A stretch of DNA of 64,000 bases from Hyphomicrobiales bacterium (lineage in GTDB: Bacteria; Pseudomonadota; Alphaproteobacteria; Rhizobiales; JAJFHR01): the NCBI GenBank assembly GCA_021775475.1, contig JAJFHS010000053.1:44271-108270 (forward strand). Reading direction: 5' to 3'. The stretch's first letter is position 1; every line of letters starts with the position of its first letter. The translations under genes were made by a program, and so were the position numbers. Positions 41,700 to 51,240 of this stretch are shown here, one piece after another. Under the pieces are notes generated by a model, which worked only from the letters and a program-made list of their open reading frames with translations, had not been told where the DNA came from and searched no databases.

Positions 41700-42575
41700 A
41701 TGGCAAAGACCTCACAGAGCAATATGAGCAGCTGGTTGAAACAGCCAGGCGTTCTGGCCGCCCTGCCCGCTTCATTGTTCCTGTTAATCGGATTTGCCGG
41801 GCCACTTTTATTGGTGGTGGCATACAGCTTCATGCCGTCGAAAACGTTTACGTTGCTGCAGGCACCGACAATTGAAAACTACTCGTCAATAATCAGCGAC
41901 AGCTATTACATATCATTTTTCTGGTCGCTGGCGATGGCGCTGACAACCGTGGTTTTGTTGTTCATCATTTGCTACCCGATTGCCTACGGCATGGCCAAAT
42001 TATTCAACAAGTGGGCCAACTTGGTGACCGCGCTTATTGCCGTTCCCATTCTTATTTCCGAAAACATCAGACTGTTTGGCTGGGTTTTGATCTTGCTCAA
42101 AAACGGTGTTTTTGATGGCTCAATGCAAAGCCTGTTTGGTCTGTCGATCTCCGGTCTCCTGTTTACAGTACCCGCAATCACCCTCGGGCTGGTCTATGTC
42201 TACCTGCCGTTTATGCTGTTCCCGCTGGTTATCGGCATTTCCATGGTTCCTGAAACCCTGAAAGAAGCAGCATCTGATCTTGGTGCCACACGCTGGCAGA
42301 TATTTCGCGAAATTGAGTTGCCACTGTCGATGCCCGGGTTGATGATTGGCGGCATTTTAACGTTTGTGCTGGTGTTGGGATCTTTGGCCGAGGCTAAAAT
42401 TCTTGGCGGACAGGCCATTGTCATGATTGCTGACGATATTGAATCGGCCTTCACCTTCGCTCAGAACTGGCCCAAGGGTTCAGCCTTGTCAGTGCTGCTG
42501 ATAGCTCTTTCCGGCATCATTGTTTTCTTATTATTCAGGCGCGTTGACCTTGACCGCGTCATTGGCAGGCGGTGA
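41700..42575 (+). CDS. ABC transporter permease (PotB-like)
   Basis: 6-TM permease with the EAA-type loop EAASDLGATRWQIFREIELP. Confidence 0.85.
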   Translation: MAKTSQSNMSSWLKQPGVLAALPASLFLLIGFAGPLLLVVAYSFMPSKTFTLLQAPTIENYSSIISDSYYISFFWSLAMALTTVVLLFIICYPIAYGMAKLFNKWANLVTALIAVPILISENIRLFGWVLILLKNGVFDGSMQSLFGLSISGLLFTVPAITLGLVYVYLPFMLFPLVIGISMVPETLKEAASDLGATRWQIFREIELPLSMPGLMIGGILTFVLVLGSLAEAKILGGQAIVMIADDIESAFTFAQNWPKGSALSVLLIALSGIIVFLLFRRVDLDRVIGRR

Positions 42576-42579
42576 GGAT

Positions 42580-43398
42580 ATGAAAGCATCACGTTCACAA
42601 AACCTTTCGCGCCGCTTTATAATCCTGTGGACAGGGGTGGTCATTGCCTTTTTGTATGTGCCAATGATAGCTGTTGTCCTGGCATCATTTTCCAAGCAAC
42701 GCTATTTCAAATTCCCCATCCAGAGCTGGACCGACAAGTGGTATCAAAAAGCTTTTTCTTCACTGTCAGTACGCGAATTATTATGGACATCCTTGTCGGT
42801 CGCCGCATTGGTCACTATCATCTCGGTGGTACTGGCTTTTTTTGGTGCGCTGGCTTTTGCCAGGTATGACTGGAAGGGACGCAAGCTCTATCAGCGTTTG
42901 ATTTTACTGCCGATTTTCTTTCCTCAAGCCGTACTTGGCCTGGCAATGTTATTGTGGTTCTCGGCCATTGGCGTTATCACCAGTTGGCAGACAGCGGTGT
43001 TTGCACATCTGGTGTGGATTACCCCCATTGTCATTTTGATCATGTCTATACAGGTTTACAGCTTTGATCCGGCACTGGAAGAAGCAGCGTATGACCTCGG
43101 TGCCACGCGCTGGCAGGTGTTGACGGAAATAACCCTGCCAATCCTGTCGCCGGGGATAATATCGGGTGCAATTTTTGCATTTTTACTGTCGTGGGGAAAT
43201 TTCCCCTTATCACTTTTTACCACCGGCGCCGACCAGACCATCCCTGAATGGCTCTATGCCAAAATGGTGTCGGGCTACACCCCCATGGTGCCGACACTGG
43301 GGTCTTTAACCTTATCAAGTGCCGCTGTATTTTTGTTGATCGCCTATATTATCTGGCTGGCAATAAGCGCGCGGCAGCGGCGAATGGAAAACAGATAG
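42580..43398 (+). CDS. ABC transporter permease (PotC-like)
   Basis: EAAYDLGATRWQVLTEITLP loop. ATG 42580 is 4 nt after the upstream stop and is preferred over the overlapping start at 42520. Confidence 0.85.
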   Translation: MKASRSQNLSRRFIILWTGVVIAFLYVPMIAVVLASFSKQRYFKFPIQSWTDKWYQKAFSSLSVRELLWTSLSVAALVTIISVVLAFFGALAFARYDWKGRKLYQRLILLPIFFPQAVLGLAMLLWFSAIGVITSWQTAVFAHLVWITPIVILIMSIQVYSFDPALEEAAYDLGATRWQVLTEITLPILSPGIISGAIFAFLLSWGNFPLSLFTTGADQTIPEWLYAKMVSGYTPMVPTLGSLTLSSAAVFLLIAYIIWLAISARQRRMENR

Positions 43399-43416
43399 AC
43401 GCGAAAGGAAATCAAA

Positions 43417-44181
43417 ATGCTGACATCAATAGCAGGCAGATCAGTCATCGTAACCGGTGCAAGCAAAGGCATCGGCAAAGGAATTGCCCGCGTATTTGCC
43501 AATCAGGGCGCAAAAGTCCTGGTGGTCTCGCGCACACTTGATGAGGCGCAAGCCGTAGCCGAAGAAATCGGCAATGGAGCTTCCGGGTTTTCCGCCGATA
43601 TTGCCAGTTGGGAGCAAACTCAAGCCATGGCCGAGGCCGCGGTTGAGCGCAATGGCGGGCTTGATATTCTATGCGCCAATGCCGGCATTTATCCCCAAAC
43701 CAATATTGAAGATATGGACCCGGAAGAATGGGATCAGGTAATGGACACCAACCTCAAGGGTACGTTCCTGTCGGTTAAAGCCTGTCTGCCGCACTTGAAA
43801 AAATCCGATCAGGGCCGTGTCATCCTGACATCATCAATCACCGGGCCCGAGACCGGTTTTCCCGGCTGGTCACATTACGGCGCCAGCAAATCCGGCCAGC
43901 TTGGGTTTATGCGCACCGCCTGCATCGAACTGGCAAAACACGCCATCACCATGAATGCGGTTTTACCCGGCAACATCTATACCGAAGGCCTCGATGATCT
44001 GGGCGATGACTATCTCGCAACCATGGCCGCATCCATTCCGTTGAAAAAAATTGGTGCCGTCGAAGATATCGGCAATGCGGCGTTGTTTCTGGCATCCAAG
44101 GAAGCCAATTATATCACCGGCCAGACAATCATTGTCGATGGTGGCCAGATATTACCGGAATCTCTCGAAGCGCTGGAATAA
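43417..44181 (+). CDS. Short-chain dehydrogenase/reductase (candidate amino-alcohol dehydrogenase)
   Basis: TGASKGIGKGIA, NAG and YGASK motifs. The substrate assignment rests on context only. Confidence 0.8.
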   Translation: MLTSIAGRSVIVTGASKGIGKGIARVFANQGAKVLVVSRTLDEAQAVAEEIGNGASGFSADIASWEQTQAMAEAAVERNGGLDILCANAGIYPQTNIEDMDPEEWDQVMDTNLKGTFLSVKACLPHLKKSDQGRVILTSSITGPETGFPGWSHYGASKSGQLGFMRTACIELAKHAITMNAVLPGNIYTEGLDDLGDDYLATMAASIPLKKIGAVEDIGNAALFLASKEANYITGQTIIVDGGQILPESLEALE

Positions 44182-44215
44182 AGGGGGAATGCGTTTCGCA
44201 TTTAATAGAACCCAA

Positions 44216-44343
44216 CTTCTTCGTCATCCTCGGGCTTGACCCGAGGATCCATTCCTCAATTTTCGCGGCCAAATGGCAGTTTCTTTGTTTTCGAAAGCGC
44301 AACGGTATAGATCCTCGGGTCAAGCCCGAGGATGACGAAGAAG
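44216..44343. mobile_element. MITE-like element, copy 2 (inverted relative to copy 1)
   Basis: Terminal inverted repeats CTTCTTCGTCATCCTCGGGCTTGACCCGAGGAT / ATCCTCGGGTCAAGCCCGAGGATGACGAAGAAG. The interior matches the reverse complement of the copy-1 interior at about 80%. It lies between the convergent SDR and araC 3' ends. Confidence 0.75.
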
Positions 44344-44374
44344 GATGGTGTAAATCTAAAAAAAGCGAACCACT

Positions 44375-45439
44375 CTAGGTTAGTTGCGCCCGCAGCTGTC
44401 GCGGCGACACGCCGGTCCAGCGGCGTACTGCGCGTGAAAATGCGCTGAGTTCTGAATAGCCCAGCAGAAAAGCTATCTCAGAAAACGGCAGATGACGTTG
44501 TTTGATGTACATCAGCGCCAATTCGTGCCGGGTGGTTTCGATCAGGTCCTTGTAAGCCAGGCCTTCGTGCGCCAGTTCACGCCGAATGACGGAAGCTGAT
44601 AATTTTAAACTTAAAGCCACCTGCTCCATAGAGGGATAGCCATCGGGCAACTGCGTGCGAATGGTATTTTGTATGCGGCCTATCAAAGATACCGGCTGGT
44701 CGTTTTCCTTACCCACCGTCTCCAGACACGTCTGCATGATCGTCATCAATGTCAGATCGCGACCCGGCATTGAGCGTGTCATTGTATCGGGTTTGAACAA
44801 CAGGGCGTTCACGGGTTGAGAAAAATACACCGGCGCGGAAAATGCGGTTTCATGATCTTTCCAGTTTTCCGGTTTGGCGTGTTCAAAATGAACTTCTTCA
44901 GGTATCCAGCCCGCGCCACAGCCTTCGCGTATAACGTTTAAAAACATGCCAAGCGAAAGTTCAGCATCCTGGCGGCGCTCGATAATATCGGGTGCCTGAA
45001 TTTGATATTCCAGCCGCATCAACCCGCTGTCATCTTCACACAACGACATGATCGACGATTCCTGATGATAACGAAAAAGCCCCACCAAATTTGCCAGTGC
45101 AACGCCTAATGTGGGTGAAGAAATTGCAGCATAACCCCACAGGCCTAAGTCTTTTGGTGAAAACTGATTGCCAAACCACAGGCCGAAATTATCGTGTTTG
45201 GATATACGTGAAGCTTCTTCAAACAAACGGCAAAATGAAGACAGGCTCAACTTCAAGGTAGGCTCGCCCGCCATTTCCGGGGCAATGCCAGCGTGACCAA
45301 AGGTACGATCAACATCACCACCCATTTTCTCGATGAACTCAACCATGCCTGTGGCAGCAGCGGCAAGCACAGCAGGGTTTGAGCCGGCAACACTTTGCCC
45401 GCAAACCGGACGTTCGAGATAGTGGGTAGCAATATTCAC
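44375..45439 (-). CDS. AraC family transcriptional regulator (EutR/OruR-like architecture)
   Basis: C-terminal double HTH (LLGYSELSAFSRAVRRWTGVSPRQLR) and a ~240-aa N-terminal sensor domain. Confidence 0.85.
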   Translation of the reverse strand: MNIATHYLERPVCGQSVAGSNPAVLAAAATGMVEFIEKMGGDVDRTFGHAGIAPEMAGEPTLKLSLSSFCRLFEEASRISKHDNFGLWFGNQFSPKDLGLWGYAAISSPTLGVALANLVGLFRYHQESSIMSLCEDDSGLMRLEYQIQAPDIIERRQDAELSLGMFLNVIREGCGAGWIPEEVHFEHAKPENWKDHETAFSAPVYFSQPVNALLFKPDTMTRSMPGRDLTLMTIMQTCLETVGKENDQPVSLIGRIQNTIRTQLPDGYPSMEQVALSLKLSASVIRRELAHEGLAYKDLIETTRHELALMYIKQRHLPFSEIAFLLGYSELSAFSRAVRRWTGVSPRQLRAQLT

Positions 45440-45531
45440 GCTTCACCCCGGGCCTGATTACAAAGTTATATTCTTTGTTAAGCGATAATCTTTGCACACC
45501 AGAGCGGGCGGGATCAAGGGTTGGCGCTCAT

Positions 45532-46545
45532 TTAGCTGAAATCTGCAATATACCTTCGACACAAGGCATCGGTTTCGCGACTGTATGTCACCCCCATCGA
45601 CTGGGCGAGATCGGTTTCCGAGTGCGATCCGATCCAGGCCACCAGCAGCAATCTTCGCAACATGACGAAAGTGGGGATTTCCGCTTCATCTTCTTGCGGT
45701 AAATCGATGATTTTACGATAGCCCTTGACCCAGGATTTGAGCAGGTCGGGGACTTCCGGCCGGGTTTCAAAGAACGACACCGTTGTGGCGCAATCATACA
45801 TCAGCCAGCTGAACCCACAGTCGTCAAAATCAATAACCTTGGTAGTGTCACCATCAATAAGCAGGTTTGCCAGCCGCATGTCGCAATGTATCAGACCAAA
45901 ACGCTCAGATGATTTTCCAAATTCCGCCAATCGATGCTCAATCAAATCGACGGTTTTGCCAAACAGCTCGATGCGCTCAACGTCCAGACCCATGCCATCG
46001 CGCCATCGCCCCCAATGAGGATTTGCCCCTAGAGAGGTGTCAAAATCCCAGGTAAGGCGCTCAAAACCCTGCGGCAGTTCCCACGATTTCACATGCGCAT
46101 GCATGCGCGCAGCCGTTTCTCCCAACACTTCAAAGGGTGCGCGCAAATCATCTTCTTCCTCAGAAGGCTCAATGCCGCTTTCCCATTCAAACAGCACCAC
46201 CTGGCGGGGATTAGACATGCTCGCATGGCTCACCGTTTGAATGTCTTCACCATCGAGCCCCGCTACAACTGCCGGTGTAATGGCGGTCCCGCTTGCCCGC
46301 AAGGCTTTGGCCCAGGCAAGCTCTGAAGCGATGGCGTTTTTGCTATGATATCCTTCACGATGAACCCGCAAGGCCCAGCACTGCTGTGAATGAGGAGCTT
46401 CGATCCTGTAGGTTGCATTTTCTGACAGGTTAATCATGCGGGCACTAGCACCCGCAGGCAGTGCAAAACGGGCAAGAGAGGCCTCTGCAAGATGTTGCAG
46501 GCAAATCAACTGTTCTTCGTGAGAAAGCGCGTCAAATGCAGACAT
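45532..46545 (-). CDS. APH-fold phosphotransferase (candidate amino-alcohol kinase)
   Basis: Brenner motif HCDMRLANLLID and the metal-binding IDFDDCG motif. 337 aa. Confidence 0.8.
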   Translation of the reverse strand: MSAFDALSHEEQLICLQHLAEASLARFALPAGASARMINLSENATYRIEAPHSQQCWALRVHREGYHSKNAIASELAWAKALRASGTAITPAVVAGLDGEDIQTVSHASMSNPRQVVLFEWESGIEPSEEEDDLRAPFEVLGETAARMHAHVKSWELPQGFERLTWDFDTSLGANPHWGRWRDGMGLDVERIELFGKTVDLIEHRLAEFGKSSERFGLIHCDMRLANLLIDGDTTKVIDFDDCGFSWLMYDCATTVSFFETRPEVPDLLKSWVKGYRKIIDLPQEDEAEIPTFVMLRRLLLVAWIGSHSETDLAQSMGVTYSRETDALCRRYIADFS

Positions 46546-46602
46546 AAATTGTTCCCGGCACCTTTATCTTTAACCTAAAGAATACAACGATAAAGAGCGC
46601 CT

Positions 46603-46702
46603 CACTTGACAGTAAAACATTTACATTTGACACAGCATCAGCGTTTGTCACAAGTACGCCACCGCCCTACCCTGTCAAGTTTATATCCCTATGTGTCAAG
46701 TG
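46603..46702. promoter_or_regulatory. Divergent control region with five copies of a YAYTTGACA motif at ~21-bp phasing (two on +, three on -)
   Basis: CACTTGACA 46603, CATTTGACA 46624, TGTCACAAGTA 46646, TGTCAAGTT 46673, TGTCAAGTG 46694. The outermost pair forms a perfect 9-bp inverted repeat. Confidence 0.55.
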
Positions 46703-46749
46703 CTTAAGAGGTATCTCGGGCATGCTGAAGACAATGAGAGGGTCGTCTT

Positions 46750-48021
46750 GTGAGCATCGAAAAACTGGAATTCCTGGAGCAGTCGAAAACCTTCTGGAAT
46801 CCGAACAAAACCCAGTTCTGGCAGGATGTCGGCGTTGATCTGGTGATCGACCGCCGCGAAGGTTATTGCCTCTATGACATGGATGGCAAGCGCCTGATTG
46901 ATGTGCACCTCAATGGCGGCACCTACAATCTCGGTCATCGCAATGCCGAACTCATAGAAGTCCTCAATGCCGGTGCCAAACGCTTTGACATGGGCAATCA
47001 TCACTTTCCGGCGCTCGCGCGCACCGCTCTGGCCGAAGCGCTGGCCAAATGTACGCCTGACGGGCTGCAATACACGATTTACGGTGCAGGTGGCGCCGAA
47101 GCAGTTGAACTGGCGATTAAATCCGCCCGTCACGCCACCCAAAAGCGCAAGATTGTCTCGATTATCAAAGCCTATCACGGCCACTCCGGTCTGGCGGTCA
47201 AAACCGGCGATGAGCGCTTTTCCAAGACATTTTTGTCCGAAGACACAGTTGGTGAATTTATACAGGTACCGTTCAATGACCTTGAAGCGATTGAAAAGGC
47301 TCTAAAGGGTAAGGATGTTGCCGCCATCATTATGGAAACAATCCCGGCAACCTACGGATTTCCGATGCCGCACGAGGGCTACCTGCCTGCCGTCAAAAGC
47401 CTGTGCGAACGCTATGATGCCCTGTATATCGCTGACGAAGTACAAACCGGCCTCATGCGTACGGGTGAACTCTGGGGCATCACCAAATATGGTGTCACAC
47501 CGGACATTATGGTGATTGGCAAGGGCATTACCGGCGGCATGTATCCGATTTCATGTTGTGTCGTCAACGAGCGCGCTGGCCAATGGCTCAAGCAGGACGG
47601 CTTTGCCCATATGTCAACTGCGGGTGGGGCCGAACTTGGCTGTATTGTCGCGTTGAAAGTGCTCGAAATCACCCAGCGACCCGAAGTTGCCTCCATGGTG
47701 GCTTATATCTCCGATTTCATCCGTGCAGGGCTCGATGATATTCAGGCACTTTACCCCGATTTTTTCACCGGCATTCGCCAGAACGGTGTCATTATGGGGT
47801 TGGAATTTAATGACCCAGAAGGTGCCAAGCCGGTGATGAGGCATCTTTATGAACATGGTGTCTGGGCAATTTTCTCGACCCTTGATCCCTCCGTGTTGCA
47901 GTTCAAACCCGGCATTCTCATGACCCAGAGCCTGTCTGAAGACCTGCTGGCCCGCGTCGAAGTCGCCATCGGTCTGGCGGCTAAAGAAGTTATGGGCAGC
48001 GGACGCAGAGGCAAGATGTAA
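46750..48021 (+). CDS. Class-III aminotransferase-fold PLP enzyme (candidate amino-alcohol O-phosphate phospho-lyase)
   Basis: DEVQTGLMRTGELWG, and GKGITGG with the PLP lysine. GTG start with GAGAGG upstream. The phospho-lyase role is inferred from pairing with the kinase. Confidence 0.8.
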   Translation: MSIEKLEFLEQSKTFWNPNKTQFWQDVGVDLVIDRREGYCLYDMDGKRLIDVHLNGGTYNLGHRNAELIEVLNAGAKRFDMGNHHFPALARTALAEALAKCTPDGLQYTIYGAGGAEAVELAIKSARHATQKRKIVSIIKAYHGHSGLAVKTGDERFSKTFLSEDTVGEFIQVPFNDLEAIEKALKGKDVAAIIMETIPATYGFPMPHEGYLPAVKSLCERYDALYIADEVQTGLMRTGELWGITKYGVTPDIMVIGKGITGGMYPISCCVVNERAGQWLKQDGFAHMSTAGGAELGCIVALKVLEITQRPEVASMVAYISDFIRAGLDDIQALYPDFFTGIRQNGVIMGLEFNDPEGAKPVMRHLYEHGVWAIFSTLDPSVLQFKPGILMTQSLSEDLLARVEVAIGLAAKEVMGSGRRGKM

Positions 48022-49601
48022 TGGACCAGGCCATCGCCAACCTCGTTGACATTTCCGCATCCCCCGCCGCCATGCATGCCGCAGCCGACATGGTGCTGGA
48101 ACGGGCGAGATGGGCATCGCAGGTATTTCAACGTTATGACCGCGACACAACGCTTGCCATTGCCGACGCGGTAGCAAAGGCTGCCCACGACAATGCGGCA
48201 AAATATGGTGATTGGGCAGTTAAGGAAACCGGCTTTGGCGTAGCTGATCACAAGACGCTAAAAAACCAACTTACCGCTAAGCCTCTGGTTGATTATTATC
48301 GCGATCGAGATTTTGTTAATCCGAGATTTGATGCCGAAAAAAATATTATCGAAGTGCCCAAACCCGCCGGTGTGGTGTTTGCGCTTGCGCCCTCCACCAA
48401 TCCGATTTCAACCATCTACTTCAAGGTTTTATGTGCCCTGATGACCCGCAATGCCATCGTCATCAGCCCGCATCCCGCCGCCCGTGAATGCTCCGTTGAT
48501 GCCGTCAACACATTGATAAAAGCCGCCGAAGATGCCGGCGCACCGGAGGCGGTAATTCAGGTCATAGAGCATCCCACTCTGGCGCTAATTGATGAATTTA
48601 TGGGCTCGGAAAAAACCAATGTCATTCTCGCCACCGGCGGCAGTGCCATGGTGCGGGCAGCGTACTCATCCTCCAACCCGGCCATTGGTGTCGGCCCCGG
48701 CAATGCACCGGTTTTTGTCGAGGCAAGTGCTGATCTGAAACAGGCGGCTGCCATGATTGTCGAGAGTAAATCATTCGATAATTCAGTTTTGTGCACCAAT
48801 GAATCGGTGCTGATCACCCTGGCGGAAATATCTCAAGCGCTTTTGCGCGAGCTTGGCCGCAACAAATGCCATATCTGCAAACCCGACGAAGTTGAATTGC
48901 TGCGCCGCTATCTGTTTCATGATCGCGGCTTTAACGTCGAAGCGCTTGGCCGCGATGCTACATGGATTGCCGAACAAGCCGGGTTCAAGGTTCAGCGCAA
49001 CACCAAAATCCTGCTCACGCCCATAGATAAAATTGGTGTCGGTGAAGTATTGTCGCGCGAAAAACTGTGTCCGGTACTAGGCTATTATGTCGCCACCAGT
49101 GTAACCCAGGCCATAACTCAGGCCCGCGCCTTGTTGCGCTATACCGGAGCGGGACATTCGGCTGCCATCCACTCAAACGACAATCAGACAATTATGGATT
49201 ATGCCGCCGGTGTCGAAGTTTACCGCGTTATTGTCAATGCACCGTGCAGTCAAGGTGCTGCCGGATTTGCCACCAACCTTGCACCTACCTTCACCATTGG
49301 CACCGGCTATTTTGGCCGCTCCTCAGTGGGCGAGAATGTCGGCCCACAGCATCTGGTAAACTGGACCCGTATCGCCTGGAACAGCCAGGCCAGTGGCAAT
49401 ATTAATGATTTTCAAACAGCAAGGCTCAACCACCGTGGCAAGTTGCCAAAAGCACCTGCCGATGGTGTGCCGGGACAATCGCGGGTAAGACGCGAGGTGT
49501 CTGATAACTCTCCCCGGACACCGGCGCGCACCGACCCTGAATTACGCGAAGAAATTCGCCGCATTATTGCCGAAGAGCTGCGCTCGGCGCTGAAGGATTG
49601 A
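48021..49601 (+). CDS. CoA-acylating aldehyde dehydrogenase (EutE/PduP family) with a C-terminal encapsulation-peptide-like helix
   Basis: ALDH fold with the catalytic Cys in FDNSVLCTNES. A Pro/Arg/Ser-rich linker is followed by ELREEIRRIIAEELRSAL at the extreme C-terminus. TAATG overlap with the upstream gene. Confidence 0.85.
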   Translation: MDQAIANLVDISASPAAMHAAADMVLERARWASQVFQRYDRDTTLAIADAVAKAAHDNAAKYGDWAVKETGFGVADHKTLKNQLTAKPLVDYYRDRDFVNPRFDAEKNIIEVPKPAGVVFALAPSTNPISTIYFKVLCALMTRNAIVISPHPAARECSVDAVNTLIKAAEDAGAPEAVIQVIEHPTLALIDEFMGSEKTNVILATGGSAMVRAAYSSSNPAIGVGPGNAPVFVEASADLKQAAAMIVESKSFDNSVLCTNESVLITLAEISQALLRELGRNKCHICKPDEVELLRRYLFHDRGFNVEALGRDATWIAEQAGFKVQRNTKILLTPIDKIGVGEVLSREKLCPVLGYYVATSVTQAITQARALLRYTGAGHSAAIHSNDNQTIMDYAAGVEVYRVIVNAPCSQGAAGFATNLAPTFTIGTGYFGRSSVGENVGPQHLVNWTRIAWNSQASGNINDFQTARLNHRGKLPKAPADGVPGQSRVRREVSDNSPRTPARTDPELREEIRRIIAEELRSALKD

Positions 49602-49604
49602 TTT

Positions 49605-50225
49605 ATGGCTGATTTGCGTTCCTTCATATTCATCGACCAGTTGCAGCCGCAAACCATGTCTTATATGGCATCGTGGATGCGCGGCTCCCTGCCGCGCGCG
49701 CATGTGGCAGCCCAGATCATTGAGGTGGCTCCGGGTCTGGATATCGAAAACCTCACCAATATTGCTCTCAAGCACGCTGGTGTTCACGCCGGAATTCTGG
49801 TGGTCGAGCGCCAGTTCGGCTATCTCGAGTTTCATTCCCGCGATACGTCTGCTGTAAGGGAAGCTGCACAAGCGGTGTTAGATAATCTTGGTGCTGAAGC
49901 AGATCATGCCATGGCGCCGAAGATACTCGGATCCAAAATTGTCACGCGTATCGATAACCAGCACGCTTTTTTGATCAACCGCAACAAGTTGGGTTCTATG
50001 GTTCTGGGCGGAGAATCGCTGTATCTTCTCGAAATACAACCGGCATCTTATGCAATTCTGGCAACAAATGAAGCCGAGAAAGCCGCCAATATCAAGGTGG
50101 TTGATTATCGCATGATCGGTGCCAACGGGCGGGTTTATCTCTCAGGCAAAGAATCCGAAATCCGCAGCGCGCGCGAAGCCGCTGAAGCCGCCCTTGGTGG
50201 TTTTGATCAGGGAGAAGCTGCATGA
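49605..50225 (+). CDS. BMC-T shell protein (tandem BMC domains)
   Basis: 206 aa containing two BMC-like halves (EVAPGLDIENLTNIALKHA ...; ILATNEAEKAANIKVV ...). Confidence 0.8.
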   Translation: MADLRSFIFIDQLQPQTMSYMASWMRGSLPRAHVAAQIIEVAPGLDIENLTNIALKHAGVHAGILVVERQFGYLEFHSRDTSAVREAAQAVLDNLGAEADHAMAPKILGSKIVTRIDNQHAFLINRNKLGSMVLGGESLYLLEIQPASYAILATNEAEKAANIKVVDYRMIGANGRVYLSGKESEIRSAREAAEAALGGFDQGEAA

Positions 50226-50635
50226 CCACAGATGCCGTCAGATCCCTGATCCGAGAAGTGCTGGCCGAAGAACTGGGGCGCGTTGCCCGCGAGCGCTCAA
50301 CAACCAAAGAAACTGTCTCGATACAGACTAATAAGGATTTGCAGGCGCTGGTTCTCCATATAGTGGAAATAGCCCGCGACAAATCCATGCGCGACCGCAT
50401 CATCGCAGGAGATCATGTTTTTGTGCTTGAGACCCCGTCGGGTGTATCCGTGGCAAAAACCCCTGCGCCAAACGCCAGCGACGTGGAGCAGATAACAAAA
50501 GGTTTTTTGTCCGAGCGTGCAATAGAAGCCCTTCCCGCCAATACCCGTGTGGTGCAGCTTGGACACGGAGTGCGTTTTACACCGCTTGCCCGCGACCGGT
50601 TGAGACAGCGGAAGATAACAGTTGAAAGGATATAA
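50222..50635 (+). CDS. BMC-locus hypothetical protein with an N-terminal encapsulation-peptide-like amphipathic helix
   Basis: 137 aa. The N-terminal AVRSLIREVLAEELGRV shares the (I/V)(L/I)AEEL core with the AldDH C-terminus. ATGA-coupled to the preceding shell gene. The C-terminal domain is unrecognised. Confidence 0.6.
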   Translation: MTTDAVRSLIREVLAEELGRVARERSTTKETVSIQTNKDLQALVLHIVEIARDKSMRDRIIAGDHVFVLETPSGVSVAKTPAPNASDVEQITKGFLSERAIEALPANTRVVQLGHGVRFTPLARDRLRQRKITVERI

Positions 50636-50637
50636 TT

Positions 50638-50877
50638 ATGGTCAGAGGACGCGTTACCGGCAGACTTTGGGCAACCAAGCGCATTGACACACTCCCCCAG
50701 GGCGCTTTGTTGAATGTAGAGCTGGAAAACGGCACACAGATCATCGCACTGGACCCGCTTGGCTGTGGCGAAGGTGAAGATGTGCTGGTTACTCAAGGCT
50801 CCGTTGCCGCCGGTTATTTTGACGATATCAAAGCCCCCATCGATGCGCTGATTATCGGCTCCATCGATGCCGACTAA
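50638..50877 (+). CDS. BMC-P pentameric vertex protein (EutN/CcmL/PduN family)
   Basis: 79 aa. MVRGRVTGRLWATKR ... ALDPLGCGEGEDVLVTQGS ... IDALIIGSID matches the EutN family pattern. Confidence 0.9.
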   Translation: MVRGRVTGRLWATKRIDTLPQGALLNVELENGTQIIALDPLGCGEGEDVLVTQGSVAAGYFDDIKAPIDALIIGSIDAD

Positions 50878-50917
50878 TAAACATTACGCCATTTTTTAAT
50901 CAAAAGGAGAAAGACAA

Positions 50918-51196
50918 ATGTCAAACGAAGCAATAGGAATGATTGAGACCAGAGGGTTCGTAGCCGCTTTAGCTGCCGCTGACGCCATGGTGAAAGCAGC
51001 GAACGTAAAAATTGTCTCGCGTGAAGAAGTCGGTGCCGGTCTGGTATCCGTGGTTATTCAGGGCGACGTCGGCGCGGTTAAGGCTGCCACCGAAGCCGGT
51101 GCTGAAACTGCCGGACAAGTTGGTGATCTGATATCCGTTCATGTGATTCCACGCCCGCACACAGATCTCGGCAAACATTTTACGGCTAAAAAATAA
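50918..51196 (+). CDS. BMC-H hexameric shell protein (PduA/EutM-like)
   Basis: [27 protein letters not shown] ... GDVGAVKAA is the canonical BMC-H sequence. GGAG RBS. Confidence 0.95.
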   Translation: MSNEAIGMIETRGFVAALAAADAMVKAANVKIVSREEVGAGLVSVVIQGDVGAVKAATEAGAETAGQVGDLISVHVIPRPHTDLGKHFTAKK

Positions 51197-51217
51197 CCTT
51201 TTGATAACCGGATTTCC

Positions 51218-51240
51218 GCCGGACCCAAATAAGGTCCGGC
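51218..51240 (+). other. Intercistronic stem-loop GCCGGACC-CAAATAA-GGTCCGGC after the BMC-H gene
   Basis: 8-bp perfect GC-rich stem, 22 nt after the BMC-H stop, with no T tail. Confidence 0.4.
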
